NCBI GenBank assembly: GCA_964057225.1
Contig: OZ059896.1
Span: forward strand, 19,034,001 to 19,098,000
Origin: Auanema rhodensis
Lineage: Eukaryota; Animalia; Nematoda
Length of the DNA: 64,000 nt
Reading direction: 5' to 3'
Part shown: positions 10,183 to 21,900 of the stretch, piece by piece
How positions within the stretch are numbered: the stretch's first letter is position 1
How the letters are laid out: each line of letters begins with the position of its first letter
Program-made: the position numbers and the translations under genes
Notes under the pieces: generated by a model
Databases searched by the model: none
What the model was told of the DNA's origin: nothing
What the model saw: the letters and a program-made list of their open reading frames with translations, nothing else

Positions 10183-10565
10183 TGTCACATCTGCAAGCAC
10201 ATGGTAAACATGTGCGCGCTATTCAAATAGCGGGAGCCTGAACAAGCCCCGCCCACAACATGGGGCACACATGGCACTCTTGCTTCTGGCCTAACCCAGA
10301 TAGGTTGTCTTATAGCCATGTGAGTCTCATCTCTATATCATCTATATATATATACTCTATTTAATACTTTATTAAATCTCTTTATATTCTTTCTTAATGT
10401 AATTCTTATATTGTATTTTCTTGTTATCTGATAATGAATCTTTTTCTCTTTAAGTATTTGTCTTAATAAGGAAATCGGGGCGTTCGGGTCTGCCTACCTA
10501 AGGAACAAGGTAGAAGTACATATATCTTCCGACCATGAAAAGACGGGAAGAAACAATATGTAACG
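10183..10565 (+). repeat. 5' LTR of copy 4
   Basis: Same 383-bp sequence with G>A at 10375, followed by the PBS. Confidence 0.95.
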
Positions 10566-10578
10566 TGGAGGTTCCACC
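10566..10578 (+). promoter_or_regulatory. Primer-binding site, tRNA-Gln (copy 4)
   Basis: TGGAGGTTCCACC after the 5' LTR. Confidence 0.88.
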
Positions 10579-11449
10579 TTGCTTACTTTACTGTTAATTT
10601 ATTGACATCAAGTTTACGAGACTCTTGGACTTAATTACCCAACAGTGAGGAGTAACCGAGCCGTGCACCATGATTTCCCCAAAAATTATTTTGGCTACCA
10701 CTTCTCCTCCGCTCAACAAAAACTGGGAGGTGTCTGAGACGTTTGGGGAAACTATCAGACAATAGTTTTGACGAGCGTTACCTTTTTGTTATGCACGCGC
10801 GTGCTATTTTGATTCATTACTTTATGATGTGAATGTCCAGTGTGGCAACAGAGCTCACTTTTTAGCTGAGTTGTTTGGAAGCTGGAGGCTGTTGGGATAA
10901 TTTTATTTACGATTTTTGATTTTGATTCACATCCAAGGGTTCATCAGGGTTCTACTCCTGTTAACTCTTTTCTTATTAGTTCAGAGATAATAAGAATATT
11001 TAAATTCCTACCCACCCAAGTCCACTCTACGTCTGCCAACGTTTCCTTTTTCCTATATTATTGACAGATTACTGAATTTAAACTCCTATATCAATCTTAA
11101 ATTACCTTCTAAATCTTTTGAAATTAAATTAAAAATTATCTTAATTAAGATTTATTTTGAAATTCTTTCTACAAATCTTAATAAACTTTATAAAATTGAA
11201 CTTAATATACGAGATGAGACATTTTTGTTTACTTTAAGCTTACTCACATTCAAATAGTTGGCCCACGCGTACCAGCTGTTCGGCATGTGTAGTCAATAAC
11301 AGCTGTTAAAATTCAAAAGTTTTCAAACAGGCTTAAGGCACCATCTGTGATTCCTTATTTGTCTCTAAGCTGACATTAGTGATTATAATATTCAAATATC
11401 ACGACAGACGGTCAATGGTTGTTTACCATAAGCGCTAACATCTGGTGTC

Positions 11450-11932
11450 GTGACACATGGCTGGAGGCGGAGCTTGAAGCTTCAACGATCCTCCTTCATC
11501 AGACGCCATTGTCACAAACGTTTTTACTGGAATCTAGTTGCTTCCAGTACGCGCTCTTATATTCATCTAACTGTATTCACCAGCCACCATGTCGGACTCG
11601 GACATCAGCGAGGACAACAAAGATTAGGAACAAGGATCACCAGAGCCATACCTTTTGTATGTCACACAACAACAAAGAAGAATGAACAACGGTACAATAC
11701 ACGAATTAGAACACAAAATAAAGAAATTCAGGTTAATGACTTAGTTATGATAAAAGTGAATTCTACACGAAACAAACTAACACCTTCATTCGAAGGGCCT
11801 TATTTAGTTACAGCAGTTCAAAGATCTTTCGTCGTGGTTTAAACAGATAGAGGAAAAAGCAGAAGAGTACACAAGGACTTCGTCAAACCTTACCAACGGA
11901 CAACATCTATTCCGGTTATCACAATTTCTTGA
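11450..11932 (+). pseudogene. Integrase remnant (copy 4)
   Basis: Same sequence as 426-908. Confidence 0.85.
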
Positions 11933-12522
11933 AGGTAGTTTTTTTTAACAAAATCAAATTGTTGAAATTTTTCTTATTTTATTTTGTGCCATTTCTAATT
12001 GTAACACTTCTTTGTTGTTGATTGATTTTCTCTGAGAAGTCTGCTATTGTTTTACAAAAGTTTGTTTTATTACTCCAACTCTCATTGAGTAGATTTTTTT
12101 CAACATTCTCTTGTGAATCATGCTATTTTTTATGCTTAATCATTACTTGTATTCACCTTATGGACATTAGTCATACGGGTTAAACGAGTTTTCATTTTTT
12201 TTGTACAAAACGAGCTCGACCTATTCTCAGGGTAACACCGTACCTGTACAACTCAAGAAAATGAACGACTATATCACAGTCGAATGGTTTAGAAGCAAAG
12301 CTCTCGTTTGCAAGCATTTCACTACTCAAGTGAATGAAATAGAATCTACTCGATACTACATTTCGAATTCAACAAACTTGAAGAGACAATAGCTAAACTT
12401 TCAAATCGTATTGTATACATTTTTTTTTTATCCACTACACCATGATTTTTTTTTCCAACATCCAACTATCTTAAAAAGTGAATTAATTTATTTTGTTTTT
12501 GAACGAGGACGTTCAACTTTTT

Positions 12523-12534
12523 AAGGTGGGGGGA
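12523..12534 (+). promoter_or_regulatory. Polypurine tract (copy 4)
   Basis: AAGGTGGGGGGA before the 3' LTR. Confidence 0.9.
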
Positions 12535-12917
12535 TGTCACATCTGCAAGCACATGGTAAACATGTGCGCGCTATTCAAATAGCGGGAGCCTGAACAAGCC
12601 CCGCCCACAACATGGGGCACACATGGCACTCTTGCTTCTGGCCTAACCCAGATAGGTTGTCTTATAGCCATGTGAGTCTCATCTCTATATCATCTATATA
12701 TATATACTCTATTTAATACTTTATTAGATCTCTTTATATTCTTTCTTAATGTAATTCTTATATTGTATTTTCTTGTTATCTGATCATGAATCTTTTTCTC
12801 TTTAAGTATTTGTCTTAATAAGGAAATCGGGGCGTTCGGGTCTGCCTACCTAAGGAACAAGGTAGAAGTACATATATCTTCCGACCATGAAAAGACGGGA
12901 AGAAACAATATGTAACG
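12535..12917 (+). repeat. 3' LTR of copy 4
   Basis: Same 383-bp sequence with A>C at 12785; abuts the long satellite array. Confidence 0.95.
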
Positions 12918-15900
12918 GCACTATACTACATTGAGAAACGCTTAATACAAAAATTAGTTATGATCGTTTGAAAAATGATGCATTAGTGTATGTTGAGTTT
13001 CCATATACACTCAACATTGCTTCCAAAAACATTTTGACAAAAATTTTTTCGAAAATTTTCAGAATAATTTAGCGAAAAGTAGATGTTTTCAGATTCCTTT
13101 TTTCAAGGCAAAGACGATGGACAATGTTATTCAACGAAAAAATTAATTCTTCAGGGTGAAAATCGATGATATAAGTGTGAACTTATATCAGTTGATATCT
13201 CGGTGCATTTTTAAGCTAGCGCAAATCTGATAACACAGATCGATGCAGCTTAAAAATCCGCATCGAATGCACTATACTACATTGAGAAACGCTTAATACA
13301 AAAATTAGTTATGATCGTTTGAAAAATGATGCATTAGTGTATGTTGAGTTTCCATGTACACTCAACATTGCTTCCAAAAACATTTTGACAAAAATTTTTT
13401 CGAAAATTTTCAGAATAATTTAGCAAAAAGTAGATGTTTTCAGATTCCTTTTTTCAAGGCAAAGACGATGGACAATGTTATTCAACGAAAAAATTAATTC
13501 TTCAGGGTGAAAATCGAGGATATAAGTGTGAACTTATATCAGTTGATATCTCGGTGCATTTTTAAGCTAGCGCAAATCTGATAACACAGATCGATGCAGC
13601 TTAAAAATCCGCATCGAATGCACTATACTACATTGAGAAACGCTTAATCCAAAAATTAGTTATGATCGTTTGAAAAATGATGCATTAGTGTATGTTGAGT
13701 TTCCATGTACACTCAACATTGCTTCCAAAAACATTTTGACAAAAATTTTTTCGAAAAATTTCAAAATAATTTAGCAAAAAGTAGATGTTTTCAGATTCCT
13801 TTTTTCAAGGCAAAGACGATGGACAATGTTATTCAACGAAAAAATTAATTCTTCAGGGTGAAAATCGAGGATATGAGTGTGAACTTATATCAGTTGATAT
13901 CTCGGTGCATTTTTAAGCTAGCGCAAATCTGATAACACAGATCGACGCAGCTTAAAAATCCGCATCGAATGCACTATACTACATTGAGAAACGCTTAATA
14001 CAAAAATTAGTTATGATCGTTTGAAAAATGATGCATTAGTGTATGTTGAGTTTCCATGTACACTCAACATTGCTTCCAAAAACATTTTGACAAAAATTTT
14101 TTCGAAAATTTTCAGAATAATTTAGCAAAAAGTAGATGTTTTCAGATTCCTTTTTTCAAGGCAAAGACGATGGACAATGTTATTCAACGAAAAAATTAAT
14201 TCTTCAGGGTGAAAATCGAGGATATAAGTGTGAACTTATATCAGTTGATATCTCGGTGCATTTTTAAGCTAGCGCAAATCTGATAACACAGATCGATGCA
14301 GCTTAAAAATCCGCATCGAATGCACTATACTACATTGAGAAACGCTTAATCCAAAAATTAGTTATGATCGTTTGAAAAATGATGCATTAGTGTATGTTGA
14401 GTTTCCATGTACACTCAACATTGCTTCCAAAAACATTTTGACAAAAATTTTTTCGAAAAATTTCAAAATAATTTAGCAAAAAGTAGATGTTTTCAGATTC
14501 CTTTTTTCAAGGCAAAGACGATGGACAATGTTATTCAACGAAAAAATTAATTCTTCAGGGTGAAAATCGAGGATATGAGTGTGAACTTATATCAGTTGAT
14601 ATCTCGGTGCATTTTTAAGCTAGCGCAAATCTGATAACACAGATCGACGCAGCTTAAAAATCCGCATCGAATGCACTATACTACATTGAGAAACGCTTAA
14701 TACGAAAATTAGTTATGATCGTTTGAAAAATGATGCATTAGTGTATGTTGAGTTTCCATGTACACTCAACATTGCTTCCAAAAACATTTTGACAAAAATT
14801 TTTTCGAAAAGTTTCAAGATAATTTAGCGAAGAGTAGATGTTTTTAGATTCCTTTTTTCAAGGCAAAGACGATGGACAATGATATTCAACGAAAAAATTA
14901 ATTCTTCAGGGTGAAAATCGAGGATATAAGTGTGAACTTATATCAGTTGATATCTCGGTGCATTTTTAAGCTAGCGCAAATCTGATAACACAGATCGATG
15001 CAGCTTAAAAATCCGCATCGAATGCACTATACTACATTGAGAAACGCTTAATACAAAAATTAGTTATGATCGTTTGAAAAATGATGCATTAGTGTATGTT
15101 GAGTTTCCATGTACACTCAACATTGCTTCCAAAAACATTTTGACAAAAATTTTTTCGAAAAATTTCAAAATAATTTAGCAAAAAGTAGATGTTTTCAGAT
15201 TCCTTTTTTCAAGGCAAAGACGATGGACAATGATATTCAACGAAAAAATTAATTCTTCAGGGTGAAAATCGAGGATATAAGTGTGAACTTATATCAGTTG
15301 ATATCTCGGTGCATTTTTAAGCTAGCGCAAATCTGATAACACAGATCGATGCAGCTTAAAAATCCGCATCGAATGCACTATACTACATTAAGAAACGCTT
15401 AATACAAAAATTAGTTATGATCGTTTGAAAAATGATGCATTAGTGTATGTTGAGTTTCCATGTACACTCAACATTGCTTCCAAAAACATTTTGACAAAAA
15501 TTTTTTCGAAAAATTTCAAAATAATTTAGCAAAAAGTAGATGTTTTCAGATTCCTTTTTTCAAGGCAAAGACGATGGACAATGTTATTCAACGAAAAAAT
15601 TAATTCTTCAGGGTGAAAATCGAGGATATGAGTGTGAACTTATATCAGTTGATATCTCGGTGCATTTTTAAGCTAGCGCAAATCTGATAACACAGATCGA
15701 CGCAGCTTAAAAATCCGCATCGAATGCACTATACTACATTGAGAAACGCTTAATACGAAAATTAGTTATGATCGTTTGAAAAATGATGCATTAGTGTATG
15801 TTGAGTTTCCATGTACACTCAACATTGCTTCCAAAAACATTTTGACAAAAATTTTTTCGAAAAGTTTCAAGATAATTTAGCGAAAAGTAGATGTTTTTAG

Positions 15901-18900
15901 ATTCCTTTTTTCAAGGCAAAGACGATGGACAATGATATTCAACGAAAAAATTAATTCTTCAGGGTGAAAATCGAGGATATAAGTGTGAACTTATATCAGT
16001 TGATATCTCGGTGCATTTTTAAGCTAGCGCAAATCTGATAACACAGATCGATGCAGCTTAAAAATCCGCATCGAATGCACTATACTACATTGAGAAACGC
16101 TTAATACAAAAATTAGTTATGATCGTTTGAAAAATGATGCATTAGTGTATGTTGAATTTCCATGTACACTCAACATTGCTTCCAAAAACATTTTGACAAA
16201 AATTTTTTCGAAAAATTTCAAAATAATTTAGCAAAAAGTAGATGTTTTCAGATTCCTTTTTTCAAGGCAAAGACGATGGACAATGATATTCAACGAAAAA
16301 ATTAATTCTTCAGGGTGAAAATCGAGGATATAAGTGTGAACTTATATCAGTTGATATCTCGGTGCATTTTTAAGCTAGCGCAAATCTGATAACACAGATC
16401 GATGCAGCTTAAAAATCCGCATCGAATGCACTATACTACATTGAGAAACGCTTAATACAAAAATTAGTTATGATCGTTTGAAAAATGATGCATTAGTGTA
16501 TGTTGAGTTTCCATGTACACTCAACATTGCTTCCAAAAACATTTTGACAAAAATTTTTTCGAAAAATTTCAAAATAATTTAGCAAAAAGTAGATGTTTTC
16601 AGATTCCTTTTTTCAAGGCAAAGACGATGGACAATGTTATTCAACGAAAAAATTAATTCTTCAGGGTGAAAATCGAGGATATGAGTGTGAACTTATATCA
16701 GTTGATATCTCGGTGCATTTTTAAGCTAGCGCAAATCTGATAACACAGATCGACGCAGCTTAAAAATCCGCATCGAATGCACTATACTACATTGAGAAAC
16801 GCTTAATACAAAAATTAGTTATGATCGTTTGAAAAATGATGCATTAGTGTATGTTGAGTTTCCATGTACACTCAACATTGCTTCCAAAAACATTTTGACA
16901 AAAATTTTTTCGAAAAATTTCAAAATAATTTAGCAAAAAGTAGATGTTTTCAGATTCCTTTTTTCAAGGCAAAGACGATGGACAATGTTATTCAACGAAA
17001 AAATTAATTCTTCAGGGTGAAAATCGAGGATATGAGTGTGAACTTATATCAGTTGATATCTCGGTGCATTTTTAAGCTAGCGCAAATCTGATAACACAGA
17101 TCGACGCAGCTTAAAAATCCGCATCGAATGCACTATACTACATTGAGAAACGCTTAATACAAAAATTAGTTATGATCGTTTGAAAAATGATGCATTAGTG
17201 TATGTTGAGTTTCCATGTACACTCAACATTGCTTCCAAAAACATTTCGACAAAAATTTTTTCGAAAAATTTCAAGATAATTTAGCAAAAAGTAGATGTTT
17301 TTAGATTCCTTTTTTCAAGGCAAAGACGATGGACAATGTTATTCAACAAAAAAATTAATTCTTCAGGGTGAAAATCGAGGATATAAGTGTGAACTTATAT
17401 CAGTTGATATCTCGGTGCATTTTTAAGCTAGCGCAAATCTGATAACACAGATCGACGCAGCTTAAAAATCCGCATCGAATGCACTATACTACATTGAGAA
17501 ACGCTTAATACAAAAATTAGTTATGATCGTTTGAAAAATGATGCATTAGTGTATGTTGAGTTTCCATGTACACTCAACATTGCTTCCAAAAACATTTTGA
17601 CAAAAATTTTTTCGAAAAATTTCAAGATAATTTAGCAAAAAGTAGATGTTTTTAGATTCCTTTTTTCAAGGCAAAGACGATGGACAATGTTATTCAACGA
17701 AAAAATTAATTCTTCAGGGTGAAAATCGAGGATATAAGTGTGAACTTATATCAGTTGATATCTCGGTGCATTTTTAAGCTAGCGCAAATCTGATAACACA
17801 GATCGACGCAGCTTAAAAATCCGCATCGAATGCACTATACTACACTGAGAAACGCTTAATACAAAAATTAGTTATGATCGTTTGAAAAATGATGCATTAG
17901 TGTATGTTGAGTTTCCATGTACACTCAACATTGCTTCCAAAAACATTTTGACAAAAATTTTTTCGAAAAATTTCAAAATAATTTAGCAAAAAGTAGATGT
18001 TTTCAGATTCCTTTTTTCAAGGCAAAGACGATGGACAATGTTATTCAACGAAACAATTAATTCTTCAGGGTGAAAATCGAGGATATGAGTGTGAACTTAT
18101 ATCAGTTGATATCTCGGTGCATTTTTAAGCTAGCGCAAATCTGATAACACAGATCGACGCAGCTTAAAATTCCGCATCGAATGCACTATACTACATTGAG
18201 AAACGCTTAATACAAAAATTAGTTATGATCGTTTGAAAAATGATGCATTAGTGTATGTTGAATTTCCATGTACACTCAACATTGCTTCCAAAAACATTTT
18301 GACAAAAATTTTTTCGAAAAATTTCAAAATAATTTAGCAAAAAGTAGATGTTTTCAGATTCCTTTTTTCAAGGCAAAGACGATGGACAATGTTATTCAAC
18401 GAAAAAATTAATTCTTCAGGGTGAAAATCGAGGATATAAGTGTGAACTTATATCAGTTGATATCTCGGTGCATTTTTAAGCTAGCGCAAATCTGATAACA
18501 CAGATCGACGCAGCTTAAAAATCCGCATCGAATGCACTATACTACATTGAGAAACGCTTAATACAAAAATTAGTTATGATTGTTTGAAAAATGATGCATT
18601 AGTGTATGTTGAGTTTCCATGTACACTCAACATTGCTTCCAAAAACATTTTGACAAAAATTTTTTCGAAAAATTTCAAAATAATTTAGCAAAAAGTAGAT
18701 GTTTTTAGATTCCTTTTTTCAAGGCAAAGACGATGGACAATGTTATTCAACGAAAAAATTAATTCTTCAGGGTGAAAATCGAGGATATAAGTGTGAACTT
18801 ATATCAGTTGATATCTCGGTGCATTTTTAAGCTAGCGCAAATCTGATAACACAGATCGACGCAGCTTAAAAATCCGCATCGAATGCACTATACTACATTG

Positions 18901-21900
18901 AGAAACGCTTAATACAAAAATTAGTTATGATCGTTTGAAAAATGATGCGTTAGTGTATGTTGAGTTTCCATGTACACTCAACATTGCTTCCAAAAACATT
19001 TTGACAAAAATTTTTTCGAAAAATTTCAAAATAATTTAGCAAAAAGTAGATGTTTTCAGATTCCTTTTTTCAAGGCAAAGACGATGGACAATGTTATTCA
19101 ACGAAACAATTAATTCTTCAGGGTGAAAATCGAGGATATGAGTGTGAACTTATATCAGTTGATATCTCGGTGCATTTTTAAGCTAGCGCAAATCTGATAA
19201 CACAGATCGACGCAGCTTAAAATTCCGCATCGAATGCACTATACTACATTGAGAAACGCTTAATACAAAAATTAGTTATGATCGTTTGAAAAATGATGCA
19301 TTAGTGTATGTTGAGTTTCCATGTACACTCAACATTGCTTCCAAAAACATTTTGACAAAAATTTTTTCGAAAAATTTCAAAATAATTTAGCAAAAAGTAG
19401 ATGTTTTTAGATTCCTTTTTTCAAGGCAAAGACGATGGACAATGTTATTCAACGAAAAAATTAATTCTTCAGGGTGAAAATCGAGGATATAAGTGTGAAC
19501 TTATATCAGTTGATATCTCGGTGCATTTTTAAGCTAGCGCAAATCTGATAACACAGATCGACGCAGCTTAAAAATCCGCATCGAATGCACTATACTACAT
19601 TGAGAAACGCTTAATACAAAAATTAGTTATGATTGTTTGAAAAATGATGCATTAGTGTATGTTGAGTTTCCATGTACACTCAACATTGCTTCCAAAAACA
19701 TTTTGACAAAAATTTTTTCGAAAAATTTCAAAATAATTTAGCAAAAAGTAGATGTTTTTAGATTCCTTTTTTCAAGGCAAAGACGATGGACAATGTTATT
19801 CAACGAAAAAATTAATTCTTCAGGGTGAAAATCGAGGATATAAGTGTGAACTTATATCAGTTGATATCTCGGTGCATTTTTAAGCTAGCGCAAATCTGAT
19901 AACACAGATCGACGCAGCTTAAAAATCCGCATCGAATGCACTATACTACATTGAGAAACGCTTAATACAAAAATTAGTTATGATCGTTTGAAAAATGATG
20001 CGTTAGTGTATGTTGAGTTTCCATGTACACTCAACATTGCTTCCAAAAACATTTTGACAAAAATTTTTTCGAAAAATTTCAAAATAATTTAGCAAAAAGT
20101 AGATGTTTTTAGATTCCTTTTTTCAAGGCAAAGACGATGGACAATGTTATTCAACGAAAAAATTAATTCTTCAGGGTGAAAATCGAGGATATAAGTGTGA
20201 ACTTATATCAGTTGATATCTCGGTGCATTTTTAAGCTAGCGCAAATCTGATAACACAGATCGACGCAGCTTAAAAATCCGCATCGAATGCACTATACTAC
20301 ATTGAGAAACGCTTAATACAAAAATTAGTTATGATCGTTTGAAAAATGATGCATTAGTGTATGTTGAGTTTCCATGTACACTCAACATTGCTTCCAAAAA
20401 CATTTCGACAAAAATTTTTTCGAAAAATTTCAAGATAATTTAGCAAAAAGTAGATGTTTTTAGATTCCTTTTTTCAAGGCAAAGACGATGGACAATGTTA
20501 TTCAACAAAAAAATTAATTCTTCAGGGTGAAAATCGAGGATATAAGTGTGAACTTATATCAGTTGATATCTCGGTGCATTATTAAGCTAGCGCAAATCTG
20601 ATAACACAGATCGACGCAGCTTAAAAATCCGCATCGAATGCACTATACTACATTGAGAAACGCTTAATACAAAAATTAGTTATGATCGTTTGAAAAATGA
20701 TGCATTAGTGTATGTTGAGTTTCCATGTACACTCAACATTGCTTCCAAAAACATTTCGACAAAAATTTTTTCGAAAAATTTCAAGATAATTTAGCAAAAA
20801 GTAGATGTTTTTAGATTTCTTTTTTCAAGGCAAAGACGATGGACAATGTTATTCAACAAAAAAATTAATTCTTCAGGGTGAAAATCGAGGATATAAGTGT
20901 GAACTTATATCAGTTGATATCTCGGTGCATTTTTAAGCTAGCGCAAATCTGATAACACAGATCGACGCAGCTTAAAAATCCGCATCGAATGCACTATACT
21001 ACATTGAGAAACGCTTAATACAAAAATTAGTTATGATCGTTTGAAAAATGATGCATTAGTGTATGTTGAGTTTCCATGTACACTCAACATTGCTTCCAAA
21101 AACATTTCGACAAAAATTTTTTCGAAAAATTTCAAGATAATTTAGCAAAAAGTAGATGTTTTTAGATTCCTTTTTTCAAGGCAAAGACGATGGACAATGT
21201 TATTCAACAAAAAAATTGATTCTTCAGGGTGAAAATCGAGGATATAAGTGTGAACTTATATCAGTTGATATCTCGGTGCATTTTTAAGCTAGCGCAAATC
21301 TGATAACACAGATCGACGCAGCTTAAAAATCCGCATCGAATGCACTATACTACATTGAGAAACGCTTAATACAAAAATTAGTTATGATCGTTTGAAAAAT
21401 GATGCATTAGTGTATGTTGAGTTTCCATGTACACTCAACATTGCTTCCAAAAACATTTCGACAAAAATTTTTTCGAAAAATTTCAAGATAATTTAGCAAA
21501 AAGTAGATGTTTTTAGATTCCTTTTTTCAAGGCAAAGACGATGGACAATGTTATTCAACGAAAAAATTAATTCTTCAGGGTGAAAATCGAGGATATAAGT
21601 GTGAACTTATATCAGTTGATATCTCGGTGCATTTTTAAGCTAGCGCAAATCTGATAACACAGATCGACGCAGCTTAAAAATCCGCATCGAATGCACTATA
21701 CTACATTGAGAAACGCTTAATACAAAAATTAGTTATGATCGTTTGAAAAATGATGCATTAGTGTATGTTGAGTTTCCATGTACACTCAACATTGCTTCCA
21801 AAAACATTTCGACAAAAATTTTTTCGAAAAATTTCAAGATAATTTAGCAAAAAGTAGATGTTTTTAGATTCCTTTTTTCAAGGCAAAGACGATGGACAAT

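Larger units (their letters stand above)
1..12917 (+). repeat. Composite tandem array of [LTR element + n x 351-bp satellite], periods 3440/3441, 3441 and 4143 bp
   Basis: Identical ORFs recur at 395/3835/7276/11419. Spacers between elements are 706, 706 and 1408 bp, i.e. 2, 2 and 4 monomers plus the 4-bp TSD. Confidence 0.98.
10183..12917 (+). mobile_element. Non-autonomous Ty3/Gypsy-type LTR retroelement, copy 4 (2735 bp)
   Basis: LTRs at 10183-10565 and 12535-12917, PBS 10566-10578, PPT 12523-12534, TSD GCAC at 10179-10182 and 12918-12921. Private SNPs at 10375 and 12785. Confidence 0.95.

Noticed and set aside
1-12917. Sequence-specific (R2-like) repeated targeting of the satellite
   Set aside because: Same orientation, clustering, shared lesions and co-inherited private flank SNPs favour a single insertion. 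About 145 equivalent sites to the right are empty. A family-level preference for the satellite remains untested.
12918-13268. 351-bp monomer as a diverged dimer of ~175-bp subunits
   Set aside because: I see no similarity between the two halves by eye. A sensitive self-alignment would be needed to exclude it fully.
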